This document shows, one piece after another, positions 48,049 through 59,600 of a stretch of 64,000 nt of DNA. Numbering within the stretch: position 1 is the stretch's first letter; each line of letters begins with the position of its first letter. Origin of the DNA: an uncultured Candidatus Saccharibacteria bacterium (GTDB lineage Bacteria > Patescibacteriota > WWE3 > 2-01-FULL-39-13); assembly GCA_965230915.1 (NCBI GenBank), contig OZ246395.1, positions 472,935 to 536,934 on the forward strand, in the 5' to 3' direction. The notes under the pieces are model-generated. The model searched no databases. It saw nothing but the letters and a program-made list of their open reading frames with translations, and was not told the origin of the DNA. The translations under genes were made by a program, and so were the position numbers.

Positions 48049-48807
48049 CTACCGAAGGAGTTGTTTGGTCTTAGCCAAAAATGCCGAAAGGTATTTAACC
48101 ATCGTGCTACGACGCTGAAAAAGCGGCGGTTGGATCTCGATAATCGCTGGAACATCCTCCCCAACCTTCTCGCGAAGCGCAATGAGCATTGCACCAAGTT
48201 CGGTAAGCCTACCCACTGAAGCAAAATTCACCTTCTCATAGTCAGTGAGAGGTTGAACGTGAATCAGTTTGATAGAGTCGCTTGGCAAAGCTTCTAGCAA
48301 AGATCGCCAATCCAAGTTCGGACTACCATCGCGATGCTTGCGTCGAACATGCCTGGTGTCCCAACATAAATGGCCGCCTCCACTTGCAAAGTCAACATAA
48401 TCGGCGATGCTGAGACTGAGTTCGGGATGAATTTCGGAAACGCAATTCAGATCAGGATGTGTACCAGCTACATCATAAAAGTGATGCACAGAACATTGTG
48501 CGTTATCTATCCATCGCATCGTCTCACGACTGAACAATAACCAATTCCTGATGTGTGAGAGCTTTTTATCCCTCACGGTGTTCCTAATTGTCTCTATAAG
48601 GTGATAATATTCCCATGCATCTTCGTATGAGATTGTTGTCTCATCGAGATCTCTTCGAGCTACGTTCAAACCCCAGATAGGCAAAACCTGAAACTTGCGC
48701 CTGCCGGTAAAACCGCAGTCTTTTGCAAGTTCAACAGCCCGCTCATAACCCCACGGCCCCCAGCTAAAAGGAAGCAATGTGGCCAAACTAGTGCCATACT
48801 CTCTCAT
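48049..48807 (-). CDS. Hypothetical protein; GC-rich gene (possibly a TIM-barrel-like enzyme)
   Basis: 252-aa ORF with codon usage and GC unlike its neighbours; no motif recognised. Confidence 0.45.
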   Translation of the reverse strand: MREYGTSLATLLPFSWGPWGYERAVELAKDCGFTGRRKFQVLPIWGLNVARRDLDETTISYEDAWEYYHLIETIRNTVRDKKLSHIRNWLLFSRETMRWIDNAQCSVHHFYDVAGTHPDLNCVSEIHPELSLSIADYVDFASGGGHLCWDTRHVRRKHRDGSPNLDWRSLLEALPSDSIKLIHVQPLTDYEKVNFASVGRLTELGAMLIALREKVGEDVPAIIEIQPPLFQRRSTMVKYLSAFLAKTKQLLR

Positions 48808-48980
48808 CTCAAACTCCTATTCTCTTTTGTGTGTGCGATATCTTGCTAACAGCAAAGATGCGCAAATTATAATGAAAATTTGAGAATTTACAATGCTATG
48901 GGTTTTAAATCAGTCCGTTAGTTTTTTTGATAAATTTCCTCTTGATTTTTTCTGTCACTCCCCCTATTATTCTGATAGCC

Positions 48981-49709
48981 ATGTCACTAACATTAAGACA
49001 AAGTCAAATTTTAAAAGCAATCATCGAAGAATACATTGCCAGCGCAGAACCGGTCGCTTCAGTAGAACTTGTTGAACGAAGAAGACTCCCCGTTAGCGGA
49101 GCAACAGTTCGAAACATAATGTCCGATTTGGTCGATATGGGTTACCTTCAAATGCTTCATGTATCTAGCGGAAGAACTCCAACAGATATGGCATATCGCT
49201 ACTACATAAATGATTTAATGTCTGAAAGCGAAATTAGCGTTTTAGACGAAGTCGCATTAAAACAAAAAGTCTGGAACTCACGATATGAGCTAGAAAAACT
49301 TTTAAGAAGTTCTGCTCAAGCATTATCAGATGCTTCAGGTTGTTTAGGAATTGCACTGACATCAGACGGCTATTACGCCTTTTCAGGTGTTGGAAAAATT
49401 CTCGATATACCAGAGTTTTATGAAATTGAAGTTACAAAGTCCGTTTTAAGACTTATTGACGACTATGAATTAACTTTATCAATTTTGCAAAAAACACATT
49501 CTAATTCGCGAAATATTTCTATATTAATAGGAAGAGAAATCGGCCTAGCAAATATGGAACCTGTTTCTATTGTTTCGGCATTTACAAAAGTTGCCGACAA
49601 AAATTGTTTTATAGGAGTTATTGGACCAGCCCGCGCAGAATATGGCAAACTAATTCCAATTATTAAGTATATGTCTAATCTGCTCGAAGAGACTGGGGAA
49701 AGTTTATAA
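48981..49709 (+). CDS. hrcA: Heat-inducible transcription repressor HrcA
   Basis: MSLTLRQSQILKAIIEEYIASAEPVASVEL…VRNIMSDLVDMGYL is the canonical HrcA winged-helix N-terminus. The upstream ATG at 48927 would add a hydrophobic extension and is less likely. Confidence 0.85.
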   Translation: MSLTLRQSQILKAIIEEYIASAEPVASVELVERRRLPVSGATVRNIMSDLVDMGYLQMLHVSSGRTPTDMAYRYYINDLMSESEISVLDEVALKQKVWNSRYELEKLLRSSAQALSDASGCLGIALTSDGYYAFSGVGKILDIPEFYEIEVTKSVLRLIDDYELTLSILQKTHSNSRNISILIGREIGLANMEPVSIVSAFTKVADKNCFIGVIGPARAEYGKLIPIIKYMSNLLEETGESL

Positions 49710-49710
49710 A

Positions 49711-50178
49711 ATGTCTGAAAAACATAATAATAAAAATGAACAACATAAAAGTAAGGAAATCGAGCTACTTCAGCAAAAAGCAGAAGATTTTGAAAATAAA
49801 TATAAAAGAGCTTTAGCTGATTACACAAATTTGCAAAGACGCTCAGAAGAAGAGAAAGAAAAATTTATTAAATTTGCAAACGAAGTTTTAATCGTAAAAA
49901 TTTTAGAGATTTTCGACGATCTCGAACAATCTCAAAAACATATAAAAGACGAGGGTTTAAGCAAAGTTGTAGATAAATTCAAGAAATTTTTAAATGACAA
50001 TGGGGTCGAAGAAGTTGAATCTGAAGGAAAAGATTTTGATCCAGAAATACACGAAGCTATCGAATCTGTCGAAGGTGAAACAAATAAAGTTATAAAAGTA
50101 CATCGTAAAGGTTATAAGTTTTTTAATAAGCCTCTACGTACAGCAATAGTTGCTGTCGGAAGCGGCAAAAAAGGATAA
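49711..50178 (+). CDS. grpE: Nucleotide exchange factor GrpE
   Basis: Coiled-coil N-terminus, with [14 protein letters not shown] and the C-terminal beta domain (FDPEIHEAI…VHRKGY). Confidence 0.9.
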   Translation: MSEKHNNKNEQHKSKEIELLQQKAEDFENKYKRALADYTNLQRRSEEEKEKFIKFANEVLIVKILEIFDDLEQSQKHIKDEGLSKVVDKFKKFLNDNGVEEVESEGKDFDPEIHEAIESVEGETNKVIKVHRKGYKFFNKPLRTAIVAVGSGKKG

Positions 50179-50185
50179 ATATATC

Positions 50186-52090
50186 ATGTCTAAAATATTA
50201 GGAATCGACCTAGGAACAACCAACAGCGCGATGGCTGTGATGGAAGGTGGTCAAGCAAAAATAATCGAAAATGCAGAAGGGAATCGTACAACCCCATCAG
50301 TTGTTACAATCTCTAACGGTCAATATACAGTTGGAGTATCTGCAAAAAGACAAGCAGTTATAAATCCAAAAAACACTATTTATTCTGTAAAAAGTATCAT
50401 GGGCCGCAAATTTAGCGATCCGGAAGTACAGAAAATAATGAAAGAGGTGCCCTACACTATCAAGTCTGGCCAAAATGAAATGGCAGTCGTAGAAGTCGAT
50501 GGAAAGACATACACTCCACAAGAGATTTCAGCTCAGGTTTTAATAAAATTAAAACGCGATGCAGAGTCTTACCTTGGAGAAGCCGTTACTAAAGCTGTTA
50601 TTACCGTTCCAGCATATTTTAATGATGCGCAAAGAAACGCAACAAAAGAAGCCGGAAAAATTGCAGGTTTAGAGGTCGAAAGAATTATTAATGAACCGAC
50701 AGCTGCTTCACTTGCATATGGACTTGATAAAAAATCTAACGAAGAAATTGCAGTTTACGATTTAGGCGGAGGAACCTTCGACATTTCTGTTCTCGAAATT
50801 GGTGATGGCGTTTTCGAAGTTAAGTCTACAAACGGAGACACCCTTTTAGGCGGAGATGATTTCGATCGTGAAATTATCAACTGGTTAATCGAAGAGTTTA
50901 AAAAAGATAATGGGGTCGATTTAGCCGGTGACAAACAAGCTATGCAACGTCTAAAAGATGCTGCCGAAAAAGCTAAAATCGAGCTTTCTAGTGTTGATAG
51001 CACACAAATAAATATTCCATTTATCACAGCTGATGCTAGTGGGCCAAAACATTTAGACGTTAATTTAACACGTGCTAAATATGAACAGTTAGTAGATGGC
51101 CTTTTAAATAAAACATTAGGTCCGGTAGAACAAGCAATCAAAGACTCTGGTTTTGCAAAAACTGATATTGATGAAGTCGTTTTAGTTGGAGGAATGACAC
51201 GTACACCAAAAGTCATTCAAATTGTTAAAGACTTCTTTGGAAAAGAACCGCACAAAGGTGTTAACCCAGATGAAGTTGTTGCTGTCGGTGCAGCAATTCA
51301 AGGTGGGGTTTTAACTGGAGATGTTAAAGACGTTGTTTTACTTGATGTCACTCCACTTACACTTGGTATCGAAACATTAGGAGGAGTCTCTACTCCACTT
51401 ATAAAACGTAATACAACTATACCTACAAGTGCTTCTCAGGTGTTTAGTACAGCTGCAGACACCCAGACTAGCGTTCAGGTTCACGTTTTACAAGGCGAAA
51501 GAAACATGGCTTCAGATAATAAATCCCTAGGAACATTTATATTGGATGGAATCGCTCCTGCACCACGTGGAGTTCCACAAATTGAAGTTACTTTCGATAT
51601 CGACGCTAATGGTATTTTGAATGTTTCAGCAAAAGATAAAGCGACAAATAAAGAACAAAAGATAACTATTCAGGGAAGCACCGGCTTATCAGACGAAGAA
51701 ATCGACAAAATGGTCAAAGATGCCGAAAGCCATAAAGCTGAGGATGAAAAACGAAAACAATTGGTCGAAGTAAAAAATCAGGCTGAAAATTTAGTTTATA
51801 CAACCGAAAAATCTATTAAAGATTTAGGAGACAAAGTTGATGCAACTAAAAAAGCTGAAGCTGAGAAAATGGCAAGTGAATTAAAAGAGTTATTAAAGAC
51901 CTCTCAGAATGCTGATGAACTAAAAGCAAAAACCGATGCTTTAAGTGCAAAACTTCAAGAAATCGGAGCAGCTGCATATCAGCAAGCTGGTACTCAGGCT
52001 CAACCACAGCCAGAAAATGATCAGCCAAAAGGTGATAACAAAAAACCTGACGAAGACGTAATTGAAGGCCAAGTTGAAGAAAACAACTAA
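50186..52090 (+). CDS. dnaK: Molecular chaperone DnaK (Hsp70)
   Basis: [26 protein letters not shown], and [12 protein letters not shown]; the ATG at 50186 avoids overlap with grpE. Confidence 0.95.
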   Translation: MSKILGIDLGTTNSAMAVMEGGQAKIIENAEGNRTTPSVVTISNGQYTVGVSAKRQAVINPKNTIYSVKSIMGRKFSDPEVQKIMKEVPYTIKSGQNEMAVVEVDGKTYTPQEISAQVLIKLKRDAESYLGEAVTKAVITVPAYFNDAQRNATKEAGKIAGLEVERIINEPTAASLAYGLDKKSNEEIAVYDLGGGTFDISVLEIGDGVFEVKSTNGDTLLGGDDFDREIINWLIEEFKKDNGVDLAGDKQAMQRLKDAAEKAKIELSSVDSTQINIPFITADASGPKHLDVNLTRAKYEQLVDGLLNKTLGPVEQAIKDSGFAKTDIDEVVLVGGMTRTPKVIQIVKDFFGKEPHKGVNPDEVVAVGAAIQGGVLTGDVKDVVLLDVTPLTLGIETLGGVSTPLIKRNTTIPTSASQVFSTAADTQTSVQVHVLQGERNMASDNKSLGTFILDGIAPAPRGVPQIEVTFDIDANGILNVSAKDKATNKEQKITIQGSTGLSDEEIDKMVKDAESHKAEDEKRKQLVEVKNQAENLVYTTEKSIKDLGDKVDATKKAEAEKMASELKELLKTSQNADELKAKTDALSAKLQEIGAAAYQQAGTQAQPQPENDQPKGDNKKPDEDVIEGQVEENN

Positions 52091-52112
52091 CCTACTCTTC
52101 TTTAAGACAGAA

Positions 52113-52157
52113 AGTTGGAATCGTTTATAATGCTTTTATAATGGTTCCAACTTTTTG
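52113..52157 (+). terminator. Rho-independent terminator/attenuator between dnaK and dnaJ
   Basis: AGTTGGAA…TTCCAACT hairpin followed by TTTTTG. Confidence 0.55.
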
Positions 52158-52164
52158 ATTCTAT

Positions 52165-53070
52165 ATGTCACAAAAAGATCTCTATCAAACACTCGGAGTC
52201 AACAAAACAGCATCAGATGCAGAAATAAAAAGTGCATATCGAAAACTCGCACGTGAGTGGCATCCAGATGTTGCCAAAGACAAACCCGACGCAGAAAAAA
52301 AATTCAAAGATATAAATGAGGCCTATCAAATTCTAGGGAACAAAGAAAAGCGCGCAAAGTACGACCAATTTGGATACGCAGCATTTAACGGAAATGCTGC
52401 CGGCGGCGCAGGATATCAAGGCGATCCGTTCTCAGGTTTTGGAGGTAATGGTCCATTTCAATGGTCATACTCATCATCTGGAGGCGCTGGATTTGAAGAT
52501 CCATTCGATATTTTTGAACAAGTATTCGGTTTCCGTGGATTCGGCGGTGAACGGAAAGGCAGATCTCTTCGATATACACTAGCAATCGATTTTGTTGATG
52601 CAGTAAAAGGATATGAAGAAACCATAAACGTTGATGGAAAAAAGCTCAAGGTAAAACTTCCACAAGGAGTTCGAGATGGAACACAAATAAAATTCACAGG
52701 CCAAGGCGAAGCTGGCACAGACGGTAGAGCTCCAGGCGATTTATATTTAGTAGTAAGCATAAAACCTCATCCAGACTTTGAAAGACAAGGTATGGAAACT
52801 ATCTCAGAAAAAACAATTTCGATGGCACAAGCTGCACTTGGAACAAAATTACAAGTAAAAGTTGTTGACCCACAAAGTAAAACTGGTATATCTGAAATTA
52901 CAGTGAATATTCCATCTGGAACCCAATCAGGTGCTCAAATAAGACTTCGCGGATACGGCATGCCTAATCCAAATGGCTTTGGCAGAGGTGACCACTATTT
53001 AATAATTAAAGTTGAAATTCCAAAAAAACTAAATAAACAGCAGAAAAAAGCATTGGAGGAGCTTTTTTAA
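52165..53070 (+). CDS. dnaJ: DnaJ-family co-chaperone lacking the CxxCxGxG zinc-finger domain (CbpA/type-II-like)
   Basis: J domain with HPD (YRKLAREWHPD); Gly/Phe-rich region; C-terminal beta-sandwich domains. No Cys-repeat zinc finger. Confidence 0.8.
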   Translation: MSQKDLYQTLGVNKTASDAEIKSAYRKLAREWHPDVAKDKPDAEKKFKDINEAYQILGNKEKRAKYDQFGYAAFNGNAAGGAGYQGDPFSGFGGNGPFQWSYSSSGGAGFEDPFDIFEQVFGFRGFGGERKGRSLRYTLAIDFVDAVKGYEETINVDGKKLKVKLPQGVRDGTQIKFTGQGEAGTDGRAPGDLYLVVSIKPHPDFERQGMETISEKTISMAQAALGTKLQVKVVDPQSKTGISEITVNIPSGTQSGAQIRLRGYGMPNPNGFGRGDHYLIIKVEIPKKLNKQQKKALEELF

Positions 53071-53071
53071 A

Positions 53072-54796
53072 ATGATTAACCAGCAAATTGCCGAAATCTT
53101 TAATAATATGGCGGCATATTGCGAAATGAGTAGTGATCGAAATGCATTTTTTAGAGGACGCGCTTTTAAAAAAGCTGCAGAAGTAGTCGATAAGTTTCCG
53201 TTCGACTTTGCTAGCCCAGAGTGGGGATTAGATATCGATAGAATGAAAAAGCTTGAAGGTATTGGGCCTCGCACAGCGGAACATATTAAAGAATTCGTCG
53301 AAACTGGCAAAATACAGGACTACGAAAATATGAAAAAGGAATCCCCCGTTGATCTTGAAGAATTATTAAAAGTTCAAAGCGTTGGTCCAAAAACCATTTT
53401 AAAACTTTATAAAGAACTTAACGTTACGAATATCGAGACATTAAAAGCTGCAGCAGAATCTGGCAAGATTGCTGAATTAGACGGTTTTGGCAAAAAGAAA
53501 GAACAAAACATTTTAGAAAGTCTTAATTTTGCTATTCGAAATAAAGACCGTGTTTCAATCGCGGCAGCAGAAAATCAAGTTAACCTTCTAAAAGAATTTT
53601 TAGCTAAAGACAAAAATATTACAAAAATAGAATTCGGTGGATCGTACCGCCGACGAAAAGAAACAATTGGTGACATTGATGTTTTAATTTGTTCTAAAGA
53701 TGCAAAAGCCAGTATGGAAAATTTTGCAAAATACAAAGAAGTTGAAAAAATTCTTGGGCAAGGCGAAACAAAGGTTTCAGTATGGCTAAGATCTAAAATG
53801 CAAGTAGATATGCGAGCACTTCCCAATGAAAGTTTTGGCGCTGCACTACAATACTTTACCGGTAGCAAAGAACATAATGTAAAACTTCGAAACATAGCCA
53901 TATCTCAAGGTTATAAATTATCAGATTATGGACTTTTCAAACGCTTAAAAAATGACGAAGAAGGAGAAATGGTTGAGGGCGACGACGAAGTTAAAATATA
54001 TAAGCGCCTTGTTGGCCAGTACATAGTCCCGGAACTTCGTGAAAATTTAGGGGAAATTGAGGCCGCACAAAAAAACGAATTACCGGAACTTATCAGCATA
54101 AAAGATATTAAGGGAGATCTTCAAATGCATACAACCAATAGCGACGGAAATAATTCTATCGAAGAAATGGCCTTAAAATGTAAAGCACTTGGCTACGAAT
54201 ATTTAGGAATAACCGACCACTTCGGCAAACTAAAAATTGCTGGAGCAATTGATCCACCTGAATTTAAGGCGTACTTAAAATCCATTCGTGAAGCTGACGA
54301 AAAAGTAAAAGGCATTCGCATTTATGCTTCAGGTGAAATTGAGATTGGAAAAGAAGGAGAACTTGAGTTTCCAGAAGATATGTTAAAAGAATTAGACTAC
54401 GTAATTGCATCCGTTCACTTTTCCACAAAGATGGATAGAACCGAAATGACAAAAAGAATAATTACCGCCCTAAAAAACCCATTAACAAAAATTTTAGCCC
54501 ACCCTACCGGCCGAATTGTAGGCCAAAGACCAAGCTTTGAATTCGACCACCGAGAGGTTTTTAAAGTAGCTCGCGAAGAGGGCGTTGCTTTAGAAATAAA
54601 TGCTCATCCATCTAGGTTAGATTTAAACGATAATCTAACGAAATTGGCGGTAGATATGGGATGTAAAATTGTTATAAACACTGATTCTCATGCGGTTATT
54701 GAACTAGAGAATATGAAATATGGAATAGATGTTGCAAGACGTGGTTGGGTTCAAGAAAAAGACCTTGCCAAGATAGGGCATATTGTTAGAGAATAA
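53072..54796 (+). CDS. polX: DNA polymerase X family protein with C-terminal PHP (polymerase/histidinol-phosphatase) domain
   Basis: HhH motifs; nucleotidyltransferase GGSYRRRKETIGDIDVLI; C-terminal PHP domain (HTTNSDG…, ITDH, …NTDSH). It starts 1 nt after the dnaJ stop. Confidence 0.8.
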   Translation: MINQQIAEIFNNMAAYCEMSSDRNAFFRGRAFKKAAEVVDKFPFDFASPEWGLDIDRMKKLEGIGPRTAEHIKEFVETGKIQDYENMKKESPVDLEELLKVQSVGPKTILKLYKELNVTNIETLKAAAESGKIAELDGFGKKKEQNILESLNFAIRNKDRVSIAAAENQVNLLKEFLAKDKNITKIEFGGSYRRRKETIGDIDVLICSKDAKASMENFAKYKEVEKILGQGETKVSVWLRSKMQVDMRALPNESFGAALQYFTGSKEHNVKLRNIAISQGYKLSDYGLFKRLKNDEEGEMVEGDDEVKIYKRLVGQYIVPELRENLGEIEAAQKNELPELISIKDIKGDLQMHTTNSDGNNSIEEMALKCKALGYEYLGITDHFGKLKIAGAIDPPEFKAYLKSIREADEKVKGIRIYASGEIEIGKEGELEFPEDMLKELDYVIASVHFSTKMDRTEMTKRIITALKNPLTKILAHPTGRIVGQRPSFEFDHREVFKVAREEGVALEINAHPSRLDLNDNLTKLAVDMGCKIVINTDSHAVIELENMKYGIDVARRGWVQEKDLAKIGHIVRE

Positions 54797-54861
54797 GCCT
54801 AAATTAGAAGCCCAAATTCTAAAAAAAATAGATAAATTTCCTGCCTAAAACCGAGCCATTT

Positions 54862-55437
54862 ATGGTTAGCAACCGTTTACTTAGACATATATCTTTTATA
54901 CTTATCATTGTGGCAATAATGGTTACTGCCCCTTTAGTATCTGAAGCTCAAACAGAAATCCAAGAGCCAACTTCAAACGAGGCTGTAGCTTTAACAATTC
55001 CCAAAATTATAGATGAAAAACCCCTTAGAATTAGAATCGCCAATATAGGCATAAATGTAAATGTCGAAGATTCAGGAATCGAAAATGGCACATGGGCTGT
55101 ACCTGAGCATGCGGCTGGATTTGCCGAAGGAAGCGCCTATTTAGATGAAGAACATGGAAACTCAGTAATATTTGCTCACGCGCGCTGGGGACTATTTAAA
55201 CCGCTTATAGACGTTAAAGATGGCGATACTATCTCGGTTTTGGGTGAAAAGAATATGTACACATATAAAGTGACTTCGATAGAAAAAATCCTACCAGACG
55301 AAATTGACAAAATTAAGTCTTTCGGAGACCACCAACTAACACTTTTTACATGTGAAGGAATTAATGACGAATACCGACTCTTAGTAAAAGCCAAACGAAT
55401 AGATACATACAGTTTAAGTAATTCAGAAGTTATCTAA
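54862..55437 (+). CDS. Sortase family transpeptidase
   Basis: N-terminal anchor; His context IFAHARWG; catalytic Cys in LTLFTCEG (TLxTC); Arg (LLVKAKR). Confidence 0.75.
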   Translation: MVSNRLLRHISFILIIVAIMVTAPLVSEAQTEIQEPTSNEAVALTIPKIIDEKPLRIRIANIGINVNVEDSGIENGTWAVPEHAAGFAEGSAYLDEEHGNSVIFAHARWGLFKPLIDVKDGDTISVLGEKNMYTYKVTSIEKILPDEIDKIKSFGDHQLTLFTCEGINDEYRLLVKAKRIDTYSLSNSEVI

Positions 55438-55454
55438 GGAGGTGACTTTAAACA

Positions 55455-56069
55455 ATGCCTACTACTAAAAAACCAGAAGAGCAATCTTTTCAAGACAAGC
55501 TAAAAGCATGGTGGGAAACAGATACAGCAAAAGCTGTTGCTACAGTTATTGCCGTTTTATTGATTCCAGCCGCAGTTATTGCTTGGAATTATGCGACAAC
55601 AAAAGGTCAGGAAGTATCTAATGAGTTAGAAACAGCAGACATGCAGGAAACTAACCCAGCAGCTGAAGAAACAGCAGCTATGCAAGGTGACGAAACAAAT
55701 GCAAATGGAGCAGATACTCAAGCTATGACACCTGATCAGAACGGCGGATTGAACTTAAAAGAGACAGTTCAGAACGTAGTCGAAAAAATGCAACAAGGAC
55801 AGGAACCAGCAACAAATGAGACTAATACAAACGAACAGATGGCAAACAATACAGACCAGAATAATAGTGAAAATACACCAGCTGTTGGTGGTTTAGGATC
55901 AGTTGAAAAACTTCCAAATACAAGTTCTGTAGTTACATACACAACTGTTAATGGAGATAATTACTATAGTATTTCATTGAAGGTTTGTGGAAACGAGTCT
56001 TTCTACAAAGCTAATATGAGAAAAAATTACTTGAAAGTTGGACAAACTCTACAAGTAACCTGCGAATAA
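55455..56069 (+). CDS. Membrane-anchored low-complexity (Q/N/T/E-rich) protein with a C-terminal LysM-like domain
   Basis: N-terminal TM; C-terminus DNYYSISLKVCGNESFYKANMRKNYLKVGQTLQV fits a LysM. Confidence 0.5.
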   Translation: MPTTKKPEEQSFQDKLKAWWETDTAKAVATVIAVLLIPAAVIAWNYATTKGQEVSNELETADMQETNPAAEETAAMQGDETNANGADTQAMTPDQNGGLNLKETVQNVVEKMQQGQEPATNETNTNEQMANNTDQNNSENTPAVGGLGSVEKLPNTSSVVTYTTVNGDNYYSISLKVCGNESFYKANMRKNYLKVGQTLQVTCE

Positions 56070-56315
56070 TAGCAGTAATACCTTCCCGGGGCTCGCAACT
56101 AAAGCAGCACTTAGCTAACTTTTGTGAAAGATCTTATAAAAGTTAGCTTTAGTGCTACTTATGGCCGGATGGCCATATAGAGCGAGCTCCAACCATATAG
56201 ATTTCAAATATTAAAAATTAAAGATTCGTGGAAAAAAATAGGCAGAGCAATTAAGTGACGATGAATTTGTCAGATAATTACCCTGCCGGTAAAACGCACT
56301 AACTATACCGTCTTG

Positions 56316-56627
56316 CTAGTCAGCAGTGGGCAGTGGTGGCATGTACGAGTAGTCGGAACTATCCCCTTCTGCATCATCTTCGTCATCGTCATCGATAGCC
56401 TCAAGATTTGGAAAAGGACAACTTGGGTCAACTTCGTCATCTTTATCTTCTTGATCAAATGACTTTTCCAACAGTCTCTCCTTCATACAAAGCGTAGTGT
56501 GCGGTCGGCCTTTTGAGCCATGGGAAATTGTACTCTTAGTGAATGTAAAATCAATAATGATAATTGAGGCTTTAATTATCGGAGTTTTCGTTGTCATTCT
56601 CAGACTCTTCCTGATCTGTTTCTTCAC
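56316..56627 (-). CDS. Doubtful small acidic ORF overlapping the 3' end of the PBP gene
   Basis: GTG-start ORF that overlaps the PBP1A-2 C-terminus by 56 nt in another frame. The C-terminal 56 aa from an internal ATG at 56486 are highly acidic. There is no SD. Confidence 0.2.
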   Translation of the reverse strand: MKKQIRKSLRMTTKTPIIKASIIIIDFTFTKSTISHGSKGRPHTTLCMKERLLEKSFDQEDKDDEVDPSCPFPNLEAIDDDDEDDAEGDSSDYSYMPPLPTAD

Positions 56628-59600
56628 GTTCTTTGCGTTTTTGTTCCTCTTTTTCTAATATATCCCTAACAACTTTCGGATCACATGCAACTTTAGGCTC
56701 TTTTCCTTTTTCGTATAGCTGAGTTACATTTGGACATCCGGAACAAGCCAATGTATTTGTTAATGGGCAAATATCAACTTCAATTAAACCAGCTGGCCTG
56801 GTTATAGAGCTAGCCATTGGACGGCTATCAATTAAATAGTCGACTGCTTTGCGCCAAATAGTCGAAGATCCGACATATCCGGAGGCTAAACCGACCATTG
56901 GTTTGTTATAGTTATTTCCGACCCAAGTTGCGACAACATAGTCGTCGTTATATCCGATCGCCCAGTTATCCTTTTCTTCATTTGTAGTACCTGTCTTTAC
57001 TGCGAATTGTTTCTTAGTTACGTTTAATTCAGAATTTGATCCAAAAGCTGCTGATCGAGCTCTGTTATCAGTTAAGACATTACTGATCATATAAGCGGTA
57101 TATTCACTCAAAACTTTATCTTTTGCACATGTATTATGCGGAATATTTTCAGTGGTCATAGTTGCAGCCATTGCATTTGTTTCAAACCAAGCTCTTCTAG
57201 TTAAAATTGATGTATCTTCATCTAAGAAATCTACACAATCATTCTGTTCAATTATATTTCCATATGAATCATAAATCTTTAGAATTGGATTAAGGTCTTT
57301 TCGGTATCCGCCATTTGCAAACACACCATAAACAACTGCCATGTCTGTCATTTTGACCTCACCAGCTCCTAAAGTTAAAGATAGTCCAAATCTGGATGAA
57401 TCATTCCAAGTTGAGATACCCATACTTTTAGCCTGGTCAACTAAAGCCTGAACTCCAAATTTATCTAGAAGCTTAACAGCTGGAATATTATATGAATTAG
57501 CTAAAGCTTGTTTCAAAGTTACCCGGCCATGAAATTTACCATCGTAGTTAACAGGCTTATATGTATTATTGGCACCGAGTTTGAATGTAATTGGATTATC
57601 TTCTATAACAGTACTGATTGTATAACCATTCTCTAGAGCCATTGCATAAGTGACGGGTTTTATAGATGAACCAGGCTGACGTGGAGAAATTGTTATATTA
57701 ACATTCCCATCATTTTCTGTATCCCAATAGTCTTTAGAACCTACCATTGCCAAAATCTCGCCAGTTTTTGGATCAGTAATTAAAGCAGCGCCGTTTGAAA
57801 CACGGTTTTTGCCTAATTTTGATACCTCAGATTCAACTATGCTTTCTAGCTCTGTTTGAAGATCGATATCAATGCTTGTAAATACGTCTAGTCCGCCTTG
57901 CATAACCATCAATTGGCCATATTTGTCTTCTAATTCAGAAATTACATAATTAACAAAATGTGGAGCTATAATTCGTTCACTAGGGCTCTTAAATTCAAGT
58001 TGCTCATTAAATGCATTATCTGAGTCTTGCTGAGAAATATATCCGCTAGCAACCATTCGATCCAAAACCAATTTCTGACGAATTTTGCCAGCTTCATAAT
58101 TTCCAACAAATGGAGAATATTTTGATGGCGAAGCTGGAAGTCCAGCTAAAAATGCGCTTTCACCTAAACTTAAACTTTCAAGATCCTTACCAAAATAGCG
58201 TTTAGCAGCGGCCTTAATACCGTATGCAGTTCCCCCATATGAAATTCGGTTTAAATACATTTCTAAAATCTGGTCTTTGCTATACATTCTTTCGACTTCG
58301 ACTGCCATTACGGCTTCTTTTGCCTTTCTTTCATAGGTTCTTTCTGAAGTTAATAGAGAATTTTTTACCAATTGTTGAGTAATAGTTGATCCTCCTTCCA
58401 TATCGTCTTCTAAAAATGTCTTTTTGGCCGCACGAATAATACCTCTTATAGAAAGACCATTGTGCTCATAGAAATTTGCATCCTCGATAGCAATTGTCGC
58501 GTGAAGGAGATTTTCGGGAATGCTAGAAAGCGGAACTATTGATCGATCTTCATCGTTATATAAACGGTATAAAACATTGCCTTTTCGGTCGTAAATTGTA
58601 GTTGTCTGACGAGGTTCATTTATTGATAAATTCTCAACTTTGGGAAGGTCTTCCCAAACAACAAAATAAAATGCTGTTCCTAGATATATTCCAATAAAGA
58701 AGGCTATAAATAGGAAAGTTCTAAATGAAAAAAGCTTGAACTTAACTTCAAAGCTAAAAATAGCCTTAAGGACTTTATAAATAGTGCGAAATGGCCATAG
58801 AAGTACATTCAAAATACCTAAGAGAGTCGTCTTTATAACATTTGATAAAAACTGAGTAAACCCAAGAAAGAATGGCTTTTTCTGTTTCTTTCCAGCGACC
58901 TTTGCTTTAGTTTGGACAATTTTAACTGGGGTAACTGGTTTTATTGCTGCTTTACTAACCTTTACCTTCTTCTTTGATTTAAAAATAGATGGAATTGCGA
59001 AAGTTATTGAAGGCAGAGCAAACTTTGGCATTCTTAACGCCGGCACTTGGATCTTTGGCATCCTTACCTCTGGCCAAGCAATTTTAGGAGTATTTATAGT
59101 AATATCAGGAATCTCAATTTTTACCTTTGCAAGGCGAACTATTTGGGTCCTAGATACTAAATAACCTTTTATAAACAAGCCAGCTAAATCCTTTAATTCA
59201 GCAATTAAAGCTTTCCATTCTGAAACAAAATATTTTTTTATGTCTAAACTCGGAATAGAAACCTTAGGAATTTCAGGCATTTTTGGCATTTGTACCTGAG
59301 GCACTGCAATAGTTGGCGCCTGAACTTTAGGTATATCAATTTTAGGAATTGTTAATTTAGGTGCTTCAAATTTAGGCAATTTAAGGCTTTTCTTTACTGC
59401 CTTTATTTTAGTATTAATAGCACCCCAAAACGATGTGCTATAGGTTTTAACCCAGTTAATTCCCGCAGTGTACAAATTCTTAGCCAATTTGAACAGGAAC
59501 CTAAACAGGTTTATGTATACTAACGGAATATAGTATAAAACCTCGAAAATGAAGTGTTTTTTATACCATGGGATAATCTTAGTTACTTTCACAGTTTTCT

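Noticed and set aside
48808-48980. CIRCE heat-shock operator upstream of hrcA
   Set aside because: I looked for TTAGCACTC-N9-GAGTGCTAA and found only an unrelated TTGCTAACAGCAA palindrome; I cannot confirm a CIRCE by eye, so it needs a mismatch-tolerant search.
56316-56627. 103-aa acidic ORF as a real gene
   Set aside because: It overlaps the PBP1A-2 3' end out of frame, uses a GTG start with no SD, and its N-terminal half is low-complexity. It is kept only as a low-confidence feature.
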